This document shows, one piece after another, positions 25,565-36,391 of a stretch of DNA of 64,000 nt (within the stretch, counting starts at the first letter, position 1; each line of letters begins with the position of its first letter). Origin of the DNA: Nymphaea colorata (Eukaryota). Where the stretch lies: the NCBI RefSeq assembly GCF_008831285.2, contig NC_045138.2, positions 24,738,001 through 24,802,000 of the forward strand. Reading direction: 5' to 3'. The notes under the pieces are model-generated. The model was not told the DNA's origin and did not search any database. It saw nothing but the letters and a program-made list of their open reading frames with translations. The translations under genes and the position numbers were made by a program.

Positions 25565-28498
25565 TCACTCCCCATTATCAAGAAATAGTCTCTGCATAGC
25601 AGTTTTGATGCTCTCATTTTGCCACTTCAGTTGTTCCCACCAAATTTTGGAGCCCTTAATCTGTTGAATCGCACCAATGTCACGAATTGGAAGATTCTTC
25701 AGCAGCGGGCAAGACTTCACTTCTACCTCCTCTAGGAGAGGAAGGAAAGGCTCCTCCTTGCACACCACTGTTAGTCTAGGCAGGTCCTTGAGTATCACCC
25801 TTGTCAGGAAGGGGAGACAAGCTTCCTCTTCTATGTCACCGTCGCCACCAGCCCTCGCTTCTAAAACCTCTCCTTGAAATACTTCCTCTATCGAAGCGCA
25901 TTCCCATAGGTGGATCTCCTTCAGCTTGTTTTTTTTCACGAATACGCCGATGGGGAACAGACTCCTTAACTGCGGACAGCAGCTTATGGTGATTTGCGTC
26001 AGATTACCAAGGGTTCCTCCTCTAGGAGCCCTCCCCATCCATATGGTCTCCAAATTGGCCAAGTTCCGCAGGTCTAGAGTCTCTAACACTTCCCATGCGC
26101 CATTTTGGTCGACATCATCTCCTCTTACCATCAGGCTGCTAACATCATCACAGCCATGAACGAAGAGCGACTTCAGGTCCTTGAAGGAACCGCCGACTTG
26201 GGAAATCCACATGATGCCTGTGCAATTGAACAGCACCAGCGATTGAGTCCGGCGTAGCACCATCTTCACGGTTTCACTTGGCAGTAGCCCGTCGGAATTG
26301 ATGACATGGAGTTCTCTGTTGTGGCGCCGCGGGAGTTCGATGTCTCCTCCTATACTGAAATTGAATTGCCACAGAATCCGCCACTGGTCAACGAACTCGT
26401 TTGGAATGAGGCAAATCGGATTCTGAATATTGACATAAAGAGCTTCCAATTTGTGCAAGGAACTTAGCTCCTCAAGTGAGGCTGTCTCGAGCTTCGCCAT
26501 GCCCTCCAGGCCCCAAGAGTATGCACTTTGGTGCATGTCGAGTTCCTCAATGGCTAAGAGACATGGCATGAGGCCTCGCCGGATTCTAGTGAGCCTCTTT
26601 GTGTAGGACAAGATCAAAGTCTTTAGCTGGCTCAGTTCTTCCAGTCCCTGGGGCAACTCTTCTATCTGAGTGTGGTTGAGGTCAAGCAACTTAAGCTGTC
26701 TCAGCTCCCCAATCGGCGGCATCTCCCTCAAGTATCGACAGTCCCCTAAATAGAGCGCCTTGGCGTTCACCAAAGTTGAGATGGACGGCGGTAAAGTCGT
26801 GATCTCTGTGTGGCTTAGATCCAATACCTGAAGGGCGGGCATCCCATGGAAGAAACCATCGGTGATGCTCTTAAGAGGGTTATGTTGGAGGATCAGGGTC
26901 GATAGCTCCGACCACACTTGTTGTGGTTGGTCTGCAAGTGATTGTATTTGGTGACCCATCAAGGAGATTCTCTTGATGTCTTGTGGAATCATTCCCTTGG
27001 GAGGCCATTGCCTCAAAGGATTGGTTTTCTCGTCCCGGACGAAAAACTGGTGGCCTTCTTCGTCTGCCATCTTGAGTCCCATATCCCGGACCAAGCCCAG
27101 CATCATGACGCTGCTGAAGGAGTCCTTTGCTTTCAGTAAGCAATAGTTTCGGAACCTTCCAATTATTTGGAACCCCTTGTCCGTCGAATCTTTGCTATTG
27201 AGCTCCTCCATAAAGCCTTCCGACCTCCAGTAGGAGACAAGCCTCTTGACATTCACACTGTAGCGTCTAGAAAACAAGCAACAGTATAAGAAGCACAACC
27301 TAGTGCTCCTATCCGTGATCCGATCGATGTTGCGTCTCAATAGCCGGAATTCCTTATCAACGTCGGCCACGCTCCAATTGCTCAGAACCCTCGTCACCCT
27401 CAAGGCCCTCAACTCCCTCAGCGCGTTGTTCCATATCCCAACTTCGTGTACATCCCTCATGATTTCTCCCAAGAGAACCAGAAAGCGCGGCAGCCCCTCG
27501 CATTCCTCGGCAGCCTCCTTTGCAAGTGGCTGTATCTCGTGGCTTTCCACGACCTTCCCGGCCTTTTCCCGAAACAAGCACAAGGCGTGGGGTTTGGGGA
27601 GGAGTTCCACCTCAACAGTTTCATCACTTAACATCGTCTTGCACATTTCGAAGTCGGTCGTCGTGAGCAGCACTTTGCTCATCATACTTTGATCGCTTCT
27701 GTTGGGCACTCCCACGTGATCCAGATCTAGTTTACGATGAACTTCGTCCAAGATTAGCAGAAACTTTTTTTCCCTCAGCCTATTGAAGAGCATGGCGGCT
27801 CTGGTTACCTCGTTATCATGCTCTCCAAAGGTCATCCCTAATCTCCTAGCTATCCGGGTCTGTATCCCTTCGATACCTGGCTTGTCCTTCATAGGCACGT
27901 AGATGACGAGAGTCTCCTTGCCTTTGAGCTCGTTGTTCACCTTCTGCGCAACGGTGGTCTTGCCCACCCCGGTGATTCCCCAGAGGCCGATGATTCGGAT
28001 ACGATCGTCGTTCAAGTGATTCATTATCCTCTTGATGACCTCTTCCCGGCCATAAACATGGGGAACAGAGAGCACTTCTACCATGGGTGGTGGTGGATCG
28101 TTGAGAACCCCCCTCCCGTCCATGTACTGAAAGCCAATCTCCGTCTCCGTCTGTATCTCTCCCCCGATATTTTCAATCTGTCGGCTTAGTTCGAAGAGCA
28201 GCTTGCAGTTACCACAGTGCCGGGCCTCGAACTTCTCTAATATGTCCCGATACTTCCTTTCCAGTTTCTCCATCCTCTGCAGGTCGCGCTCCACTGTTTC
28301 GGAAGGAACTTTCCCGTCCCTCTTGCCGCCTTCGACGTAGCTAACTATTTTGTTTTTCTGATACATGAGCACCTCAAATTGAGAGTCGAGCCTCTGTTTG
28401 TTTTCTTTGAAGTTGATAATATCTTTCAGCTGAGGGGAGCAGAGATCGCAGAAGAGATTGCAGCCCTGAAAGATGCAAGTCGCGATGTCAAGAGCCAT
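25565..28498 (-). CDS. CC-NB-LRR disease resistance protein, RPS2/RPS5/At4g27190-like, single exon, 977 aa (copy 1)
   Basis: Intact ORF from ATG 28498. P-loop GITGVGKT, kinase-2 LLILDEV, ECEGLPR, RNBS-D CFLYCCLF, then LRRs (LQVLDLSHTEITTLP). Confidence 0.95.
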   Translation of the reverse strand: MALDIATCIFQGCNLFCDLCSPQLKDIINFKENKQRLDSQFEVLMYQKNKIVSYVEGGKRDGKVPSETVERDLQRMEKLERKYRDILEKFEARHCGNCKLLFELSRQIENIGGEIQTETEIGFQYMDGRGVLNDPPPPMVEVLSVPHVYGREEVIKRIMNHLNDDRIRIIGLWGITGVGKTTVAQKVNNELKGKETLVIYVPMKDKPGIEGIQTRIARRLGMTFGEHDNEVTRAAMLFNRLREKKFLLILDEVHRKLDLDHVGVPNRSDQSMMSKVLLTTTDFEMCKTMLSDETVEVELLPKPHALCLFREKAGKVVESHEIQPLAKEAAEECEGLPRFLVLLGEIMRDVHEVGIWNNALRELRALRVTRVLSNWSVADVDKEFRLLRRNIDRITDRSTRLCFLYCCLFSRRYSVNVKRLVSYWRSEGFMEELNSKDSTDKGFQIIGRFRNYCLLKAKDSFSSVMMLGLVRDMGLKMADEEGHQFFVRDEKTNPLRQWPPKGMIPQDIKRISLMGHQIQSLADQPQQVWSELSTLILQHNPLKSITDGFFHGMPALQVLDLSHTEITTLPPSISTLVNAKALYLGDCRYLREMPPIGELRQLKLLDLNHTQIEELPQGLEELSQLKTLILSYTKRLTRIRRGLMPCLLAIEELDMHQSAYSWGLEGMAKLETASLEELSSLHKLEALYVNIQNPICLIPNEFVDQWRILWQFNFSIGGDIELPRRHNRELHVINSDGLLPSETVKMVLRRTQSLVLFNCTGIMWISQVGGSFKDLKSLFVHGCDDVSSLMVRGDDVDQNGAWEVLETLDLRNLANLETIWMGRAPRGGTLGNLTQITISCCPQLRSLFPIGVFVKKNKLKEIHLWECASIEEVFQGEVLEARAGGDGDIEEEACLPFLTRVILKDLPRLTVVCKEEPFLPLLEEVEVKSCPLLKNLPIRDIGAIQQIKGSKIWWEQLKWQNESIKTAMQRLFLDNGE

Positions 28499-28589
28499 AG
28501 TCGGGAGACGCAAAATCCCGTCTGCAGACTTTCAATGCTTCAAGGAAGTCTTCCAACGAGTGAAGCTGGTTATGTACTGCTGTACCTAA

Positions 28590-29130
28590 TTTCATAGGTT
28601 ATTTTAAAGATGAAAAAAAAATCATGATTAATATAAAAAGAAATTCTTTTAAGAATAAAAACAAAAACCGTAAAAAAAAATTCAAGATTAGATAAAAGTG
28701 AAATTTGTTATTGTATATCATTTTAATCAATATATTCTTTAAAAAATAAAAAAAAATTGTTTTTCTTTCACTTATAACTTTATTTCGAGTTCTCATAAAT
28801 ATTTTATTATCTCTTATATTTTATATTTATATGTTTAGTGTTATCTCATACATCCATTTATTATTTTATAAATATTATCTTATATTTATATTTAACGTTA
28901 TTTTATATATTTATTTGTTACCTCGTTATCTTAAAAAAAATGTGTTATATCATGAACATTATCTCGGACGGTGTTATCTCATATATGCATTCATTCGTTG
29001 TTTCATTATTTCATAATTTTTTTGTTATTTCATAAATAATATTTCGGATTTGTTTTTTTATTTCATATCTTATTTGTTATCTCACGTATAATGTTGTAAA
29101 TATACACATTGGTAGTATTATCCACCTTTT
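28590..29130. other. Very AT-rich segment upstream of NLR copy 1, absent upstream of copy 2 (possible insertion)
   Basis: The shared upstream block (gggatggctg...gaaga) lies ~680 bp from the copy 1 ATG but only ~95 bp from the copy 2 ATG. The extra sequence is almost entirely A/T with recurring ttatct(c) motifs. Confidence 0.55.
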
Positions 29131-29874
29131 AACATATGGTCACGTAGACTAACACATGTAATTCGATCTCTTCAAACACGATGGGATGGCTGGCGGTCAG
29201 TGACATGGCGAGTCGGAACTCAGGATGGTGAAGAAGAAAGCGGTAAAAGTTAATCACTGTTTCTTTTGTTCTAATTTTTTTTGTTTGGGCCGTAGCAATT
29301 AACCACCTTCGGTAGCAAGGTGGCTCCGTTGTCCGTGCAAATGTTTGGAAGTTTTTTCCTCTTCAACCCTTCCTCCTTTTCAACTTGAAACATTTTAAGC
29401 ATTCTTTTTCTTCCGAGAAAACTAACAATATTCTATTTAACAATACTGGTTAATGCCAAATCTCGTTTCTTCATAAGAGGCCCGGATGATGGCAATGAAA
29501 TTTAGACCTTCATACTTGGCGGCAAACCCATCTCAAAGGTTGAGTTGGTTCCTTGTTTCAGATAAGAGGTGTATCTATGTTAAGTCGGGGCAATTAGATC
29601 TTGATCTAAGGCTGGTTTCTTATTCAACATAACAAAATCGATCTAAATCTCTTAAACTTTTCACATTTACGTATGTGGTAATTGGCATCACGTTGCATGT
29701 TGATGTGTGATTGGTTTAATTGTTCATTTATTCTGCTGTTCTTTCGTCCACTTACATGAAACCATTTTAACCCTCAAATAATTGGAATCTGACGCCGACG
29801 AGTCAGGCTGGAACGCTTTGGATGTGATATTATTGGCCTCAGATGCATAATGCCAGCTGTTCATTTCCACGAAC

Positions 29875-30130
29875 AGCCGACGGATGCATGGTAAAATCCT
29901 GCAACAGGATTCTCGATGTAGACATTTTAATTGGCAGCGCTCCATGGTAAAATCCTGCAACAGGATTCTCGATGTAGACATTTTAATATGTAATCCTATT
30001 GGAAGCGCCCAAAAGTGCTCCATCGGACAGCCGACTGATGCATGGTAAAATCTTGCAGCAGGATTCTCGATGTAGACATTCTAATACGTAATCCTATTGA
30101 AAGCGGCCAAACGTGCTCCATCGGCCAGAA
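29875..30130. repeat. Triplicated motif catggtaaaatcctgcaacaggattctcgatgtagacatt upstream of NLR copy 1
   Basis: Copies at ~29887, 29943 and 30041; one diverged copy at ~42937. Confidence 0.9.
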
Positions 30131-32003
30131 ATTAAAAACTTATTAGGTTGAAGGAGCTCCAGGCTTGGACCCAGTCTGGTCGTAAAGTTCAGTTTGAAAA
30201 AAAGAGTTGAGTGCTACATGGGACGTGTAAGTTTAGTTTGATTTTTGTGGGTGTCGGACTGAGCAGATGATGGCCAGGACACCCAAGATAGAAAGTGCTT
30301 AAGTTTCCACGCAGTTAAAAGGTGTAACATAACACTCGAGTTTTCTTTTGAAAAGGGTGCCTTTTGCCTTAAGCTGATCACACCTGAGTTTTCTTTTGAA
30401 AAGGTCAAGTTAGAGTCTTAATCTAAATCACGTGGAACTTGTTAAAGCCCGGGCCGAACCGAATTCAAACTGCAATCCAACACCGATTCTTGTTCAAGCA
30501 TTTAATTGGGATTCTTAGTAATTCAGGAAGACCATTTCAGGGCAAGTCAGAAAATAGAAAGTCCAGTTTATGGAACGTAACGGACCGGTCTAACCTTCCT
30601 TACCAAGTCAGAGGTAGTCGAACTAGGCTCATCAACTAGAAACGGAATGCAATTTTCTAGACCATATCGAATTCCTCTCTCTGACATTTACATCTAGCCC
30701 GATTTCAGATTTGAATTTGGGATTCAAACCAAAAAAAGGAAACGACATCAGAATCTGCGTATTAATGCTATCCAACTTTCTTCACCAATTGTTGAGTTGT
30801 CGAGATCGTGGTCGGGGATAAACTTGGACTTGCGTTAGACAATCTGCTAGAGATCTCGAGCAGATTAGACCAAACATGTTTTAAGTTGATCACTTTTTAT
30901 TTTAATTCATAAAAATATCAGCTGCCCTTCGGGTGGGAAGGGTATTTCTTACCTTCCTGCTGAGAGAGCCGAAGCTTCCACCCTTTTCTTTTCCTCAAGG
31001 CACCACCCACCGTTAAGAGACGAAGCTTCCACACTCTTCCTCTTCTCAAAGCAGTAAGCTTACTTTCAATGCCTCGGGGTAATGGTCCAGATAGGAGGTA
31101 GGGCATGTGCTCTACCAAGCCACTTTAAAACCTTAGTTTGATAAATAGATTTAGGTGGACCTGGGTCCAGTAATGTGGCAGCCCCACGAGACTTGAGTCA
31201 CTGCCCCCATGAACTTGGGTGGACTTGGTTGTTAACTATATATTTAAAAAAAAAAAAAAAACTGACTCCGTTCCTGTTCCCTGCTCCTACTATATTACTT
31301 TCCCTCCTTGTGCAGCATAAAAAGTTAACACAATGGGAACTCGAAACAAAGATGGGTTGCTTATCAGCCCTCGTCTCTCTCCAAATCAAAAATATCAACT
31401 ACCCTTATATCACAAAAATTTTTATACTAAAAAAATATCTTTTTACAACTTGAACCAAACAATGTTTTATACTAAATCAGTAGTCAACAACATTCTAGCG
31501 TTTTGAAACTACGTATAAAATATCTTTTAGCATGTTTTTTAGGCGGTTTACTTCTTGTCCATGACCTAAGTGACCTAGGTGACGCCCATTCTCCTCTCTA
31601 AGCGGTTCACTTTCTAGAATATCTTTTATGTCATCAACCCTCTAGCAGGGTGAGATTATTTTATTGAACTTTTATTTTTCTTTTTCAAGAGAGAGCGCTA
31701 AATGGGCGGCACTCCTACTCCTTGACCAGTGACCGATATTATAAAAAGATCTTAAAACTGCAGTAGGAGATCGAACAATCAAAGCTTCCAAATTACCAAT
31801 TCATCTGAAGTATTCGATCTACAGCTGTTGGATCTGCAGCTCAGTAACTATAAATACAGCGAAAACTTTGCCCCTGAGAAAAGAAAATTGGACCCTTTTA
31901 CAGTTGGTTCTCATTTATTAAAACTTTAATTTTTTCTTCTTTTCATCTTTAAAGCAATTTCTTACTGCTACAGTCAAGAAGGTTATATGTTTGAACCGGC
32001 TTG

Positions 32004-32029
32004 AATATATATATATATATATATATATA
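32004..32029. repeat. (AT)n microsatellite
   Basis: Uninterrupted AT dinucleotide run. Confidence 0.9.
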
Positions 32030-32385
32030 GAAGGATAATATACAAAAGAATTGAAGGTGATAGATATCAAGAGAAAAAGAATAAGGCTTGCTTTTGAAAG
32101 TATAGCCAAGTGAAAATTTCAAGGAAAAAAGAAAGAGCGAAAAAGAGCAAATTGATATTGACGCAGAGTCTTGAGGTCCCCAAACTGGGAACTTTCCTCC
32201 CCTTTTCACAATCTAAGTGCGTGAATGACATGAGAGATGAGACTTAAGTTCCTTGTCGTTTTCATTTTGGTCCATATTCTATTTTCTGTCTTTGTTCTTC
32301 AAGATGTAAATTCCTCAGATTTCAGGTCGAATTCAGCTCAATTCCGCGTAAGATAAGATTCGATGTCTATATACATTTCGTTTGC

Positions 32386-32625
32386 ATTTTTATTGGACAT
32401 CAATCGGGTATCTGGCTCAGATCCAAATTCGGTTATAAAGCTTCTTACCAAACCCGACTAAATGAATCTAGTACCTGATTGGTAATCGATTACATCTAAC
32501 CCGTTCCTGTACCCATTTGTCCCCAAATCCCACATACTGAATTTTTATTGGATCTCAATCGGATATCAGGCTCGGATCCAAATTTAGTAAGAAAGCATGG
32601 TACCAAATCTGACTAAATGAATTCA
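32386..32625. repeat. Imperfect direct repeat (~80 bp, two copies)
   Basis: tttttattgga...caatcgg.tatc.ggctc.gatccaaatt...accaaa...gactaaatgaat at ~32386 and ~32542. Confidence 0.7.
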
Positions 32626-33274
32626 AAGCAGATAAGTTATACTTTAAAAACAAAAATTACAAAATGAAATTTCACATCACCATGCCAATCATCTTTATCT
32701 CTGAGATGTGACTTCTTCGAGATGGAAATCTGGAAGAAAAGAGATTCGAATATGCAAAATCCAGACTCGTTGACCCTGACCAGCTCCTGCGATGGTCGAT
32801 GTTTTCTGGAAGGCGCACCTCTCTTGTCTTGCCACGGAAACAATTATTTAAATGCGTTTGGATGAGTTCAGTTCGTGTTTTTCCTATTTATTTGTTCAGC
32901 TTTCACGTATCAGTGCAGCTGGTATAAAACTAGTCCCTGGTTCCATTCTCGCTGGCCGCGCCAACGCCGAATCACAGCCCCACTTATCATCCCGAAACAC
33001 CTAAACCCCACTTATAAGCCTTTTAACTTTTGAAAGCAATACTTTGGGGGATGAAGAGAAGAGGAGACTTCTGTTTTTCATTCACCTCCGAATCTCAAGG
33101 TTCTACGTTGTTGGAAAGGAGGGGTGAAGAAAAAACAAAGTCCCTCGACTCGACTGTGGCGAGCCTCAACTGCCTGAGTTTAAACTTTAAACCCACTGTG
33201 TCAACCCGTCTGAGTTTCAATAAACTCAGTCATGTTAACAACATTCATTTGAATGGGAAAAGCTGTACTTATAC

Positions 33275-33460
33275 CCCTGCCTCTTGTATATAGAGACCAC
33301 GAGAACATCTTAATTCCTTTTGACTGTATCAAGCGGTGGCTCATGGTGATGCTCTCTGTTTGTGTTAATAAATGCTAGTGCAGAACTCATTAGTGTTTTC
33401 AATTTTTCTTTGGATATATGTTTCGAATCTGGACAAAAGTTGACTAGCTGAGTTGCATAC
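33275..33460 (+). pseudogene. Decayed duplicate of intron 3/exon 4 of the 19631-23083 gene
   Basis: Matches ~21958-22145. The acceptor cag|gta has become tgg/ata, and the exon copy carries a small deletion and a TAG. Confidence 0.85.
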
Positions 33461-33999
33461 ATAAATAGTTAGAAGTTTACGAAATGACTCTAACCTTTCT
33501 CTAATTTACAAAAACTGTCCAAATATTAAACATTCAACTGGCTAATGATTATAGGTAGTTCTCAAATAAACGTCTTTACCTACCACCATCCATCTAATTT
33601 AATCATAGTTAATCACAAATCAATGGGTTAAAATGATCGAGAACCTTCGTTCTCAAATGTTGAGTTGGTCACTATTTTTAGAGAAAAGTTAAATCAGAGC
33701 AATCAAGTCTTGATCTAACGTTGGTTTCTTAGTTATTCCACATAACAAAACCGATCTAAATCTCTTGAGTTTTCCGTTTTTATCAATGCTAACTGGCTTC
33801 AAGTTGCAGAGTGATGTGTCCTGCTAGGGTGGGTTGTGACTTGGCGGAACAAGAGCCTGAGCCTGGTGCAGGAATGCGCTGGGTCGTTACAAGTAACCCA
33901 TGTATTAGGTGAATCATTACTTTTTATGTAGCCTGATATTGAACATTTGTTGTTATCTCTCTTGAGTCTTGACATACCACATCCAGAAGTCACTGGGAC

Positions 34000-35615
34000 G
34001 TGTAGAAGATCTGATTGCTCTTAACCTTCTGCGTACAAGAGTTGGTAAAACTGTAAAAAACATTTGAACACTTTCATGTTTTTTCTCTTGAAGAAATAAA
34101 CCCAGGTCATTATTGAAATATCTTCCATAAATTTTACATAGTATCTAAAACCGTAGTACATCAGAGTGTATTAGAGTTCAAAGTAATGTTCACCTCTTAT
34201 TTCAAAACTAACAAATGGTTGTCTAGACATTTTTGCAAACACGCACGCATGACTCACACATTGCAAAGTTTATCCAAAAACAGAAAACAACTGTTTTATT
34301 ATATGGTCAACAGGGTGACATCATATGCAATGCCATAGATGCATTTGATTTTGAGCACTTGCAGCACGAACAACACCTTTAAGTTTCTGTAGACTGATTG
34401 TATGTAGACCTCCATGTTTGTTGGCCTCACCAATCTTTGTTTTGAGTTTTGGAGTCCGGAATTATTGCCTAGTTATTAGTGAATACCACATCACATTTTA
34501 ACTCATTATCCAACAGAAAAGCTTGACACATATAGGACATCACTAGGTTTTGCATGCTGAAAAATTTTAACTGAACCTACTCCTGCTGCTGCAGTTTAGA
34601 TCCATCAGCTACTTCACATACGATTTTTCACATGAATTTAAAATGTCAAGTTTAAACTTATCTCCTGTAATATGATCCATAGCACCAGTATCTAAAATCC
34701 ACATATCAGCTGGTGTATAAGCACTAATAGCTAAATGTATACCTGAATTTTTTTGGATGATAGTTTGATTTTGCGTGAGGGTACGTTGTTCTGACGTTTG
34801 TCTGTGGAACTTGCTTGATGACAAAGTTTGCTGTTGTATTCATTTCAGCAACTTGTTTAAGCAGTTGCACGAGTTCAGTAATCGTTTCCTTGGCATCTCG
34901 TGACCTTTAGTTCTGGTTGGCCATCCTTGAATGTGTCAGCATTTCTGACCTAGTTATTTACAACAGGTGCATCTAGGTATGACCTAGTTATTTACAATAG
35001 GTGCTGCATCTAGGTCTCTGTCTCAGATTTAGCAAATCTTTGAGCGATTGTCTGCTTTGAATGCAACCCTTTTATCCATGAGAGATGAACCAGTGGCCTC
35101 TTCAGGGGCTGTCTCCACCCATGACCTTTCAGTTAGTGTCTTCTCATTGGATCATTGCACAAACTGTATTTAGTGAAGATAGGGGACTCGACATTAAGAT
35201 CTGACTGCGTAGGTGATCGAAATGTTTCCCCATCCCTTTAAAAATTTTGTCCTCGTCATTCCGCAGACTTATCACACTGATGTCAGTATTGGTTGCACGA
35301 TACAGGGATCAACTCCCCCCATCCCTTTGAGGTTGCTCATATACAGGTGAAAGGGCTTTGATCTTTTTGTACGTCTGTTGATATCTTGTTGAAGCTGATG
35401 AATCCCTCGACGATGGTTGGCTCCATGGAGTTAAGGAGCCAAGCCATCACAAGCCTGAAGCCTGTCGTTGGGTTCCCAACCGTCATATGCCTGATCTCCT
35501 TTCTAGGTGCTGAGATTTCTCAGTGAAATATCTGAATCTTGATTTGCCACAGAGGAAAAGGTTTGTTGCCTTCGACTAGGTGATATAGTTGCTTCCATTC
35601 GCGGTATCGTCGCTA
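34000..35615 (-). mobile_element. Degenerate Ty1/copia LTR retrotransposon internal fragment (gag, protease, start of integrase)
   Basis: Minus-strand remnants in copia order: NGSNYIT*S (~35600), RLVMAWLLNSMEPTI (~35410-35455), protease WILDTGAMDHITG (~34665-34705) and a frameshifted CESC..FAKMSRQP zinc-knuckle-like segment (~34215-34260). Many stops; no LTRs identified. Confidence 0.8.
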
Positions 35616-36391
35616 TTTTTGATCGACGAATGCGATTCTTGAATGAATCTTAGAGGCGGCAATTGAATCGGGTGTCGTCGTTCCTTCTCTTGGAGCGATT
35701 TGTGGCATCGACATTGCTTTATTCTCGAGAAAAAGGGGGTTACCTCATGGTCATGATCCAGGACTAGTCCTAGAGAGTTTGTCGACCGAAACAAGAGATC
35801 CGATGGTTAAATATGTGTGTGCATATGTGCAATGTGTCTTTGAATGAGTGAGAAAGAGAGGGAGAGAGAGCACCAAGAATGCGGTCTTCAGACTATCAAA
35901 AAAAAAAAAGAAAAAGAAAAAGAACAACGCAGTTTTCTCGAGCTATCATCAAGTGGTGAATAAATTGTGTTACGAAATTGAGGGCAATTCATGACGTGAC
36001 TACAAATGAACGTCAAGATCAACTATAAATCTGGAGCTACCATATGCGTACAAATGAAAACAGACATGTTCTACAAAAGAAAAATTGAAATCAAATTAGA
36101 GGAAAAGAATAAACTATACGATGTTGGTTGCACTATACAATTCCATTGGAGAATGCTCATTTATTGAACATCTGACAGGAGAAACGCAATTGGAATCGCA
36201 AAAGCTATAAACAAATGATGGGTCAATTCACCCGAAAGCATACGATGGCAGCACGTTCAGACTGAGATCTTCATCTAGTTTAACAACAAATTTCATTGCA
36301 TGGAGTGGAGAACGTGTATCTGCTTGAAGAGGATGGTATATTTCTGCAGACGAGAGAGAGAAAGAGAGAGAAGCACCAAAAAACCAAAACG

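Noticed and set aside
26880..27692. Alternative-frame and antisense ORFs shared by both NLR copies
   Set aside because: Sharing is explained by near-identity of the parent CDSs.
29875..30130. Spaced repeats with an internal palindrome that superficially resemble a CRISPR array
   Set aside because: Plant nuclear context, only three copies, intervening sequences related to each other, and no cas genes.
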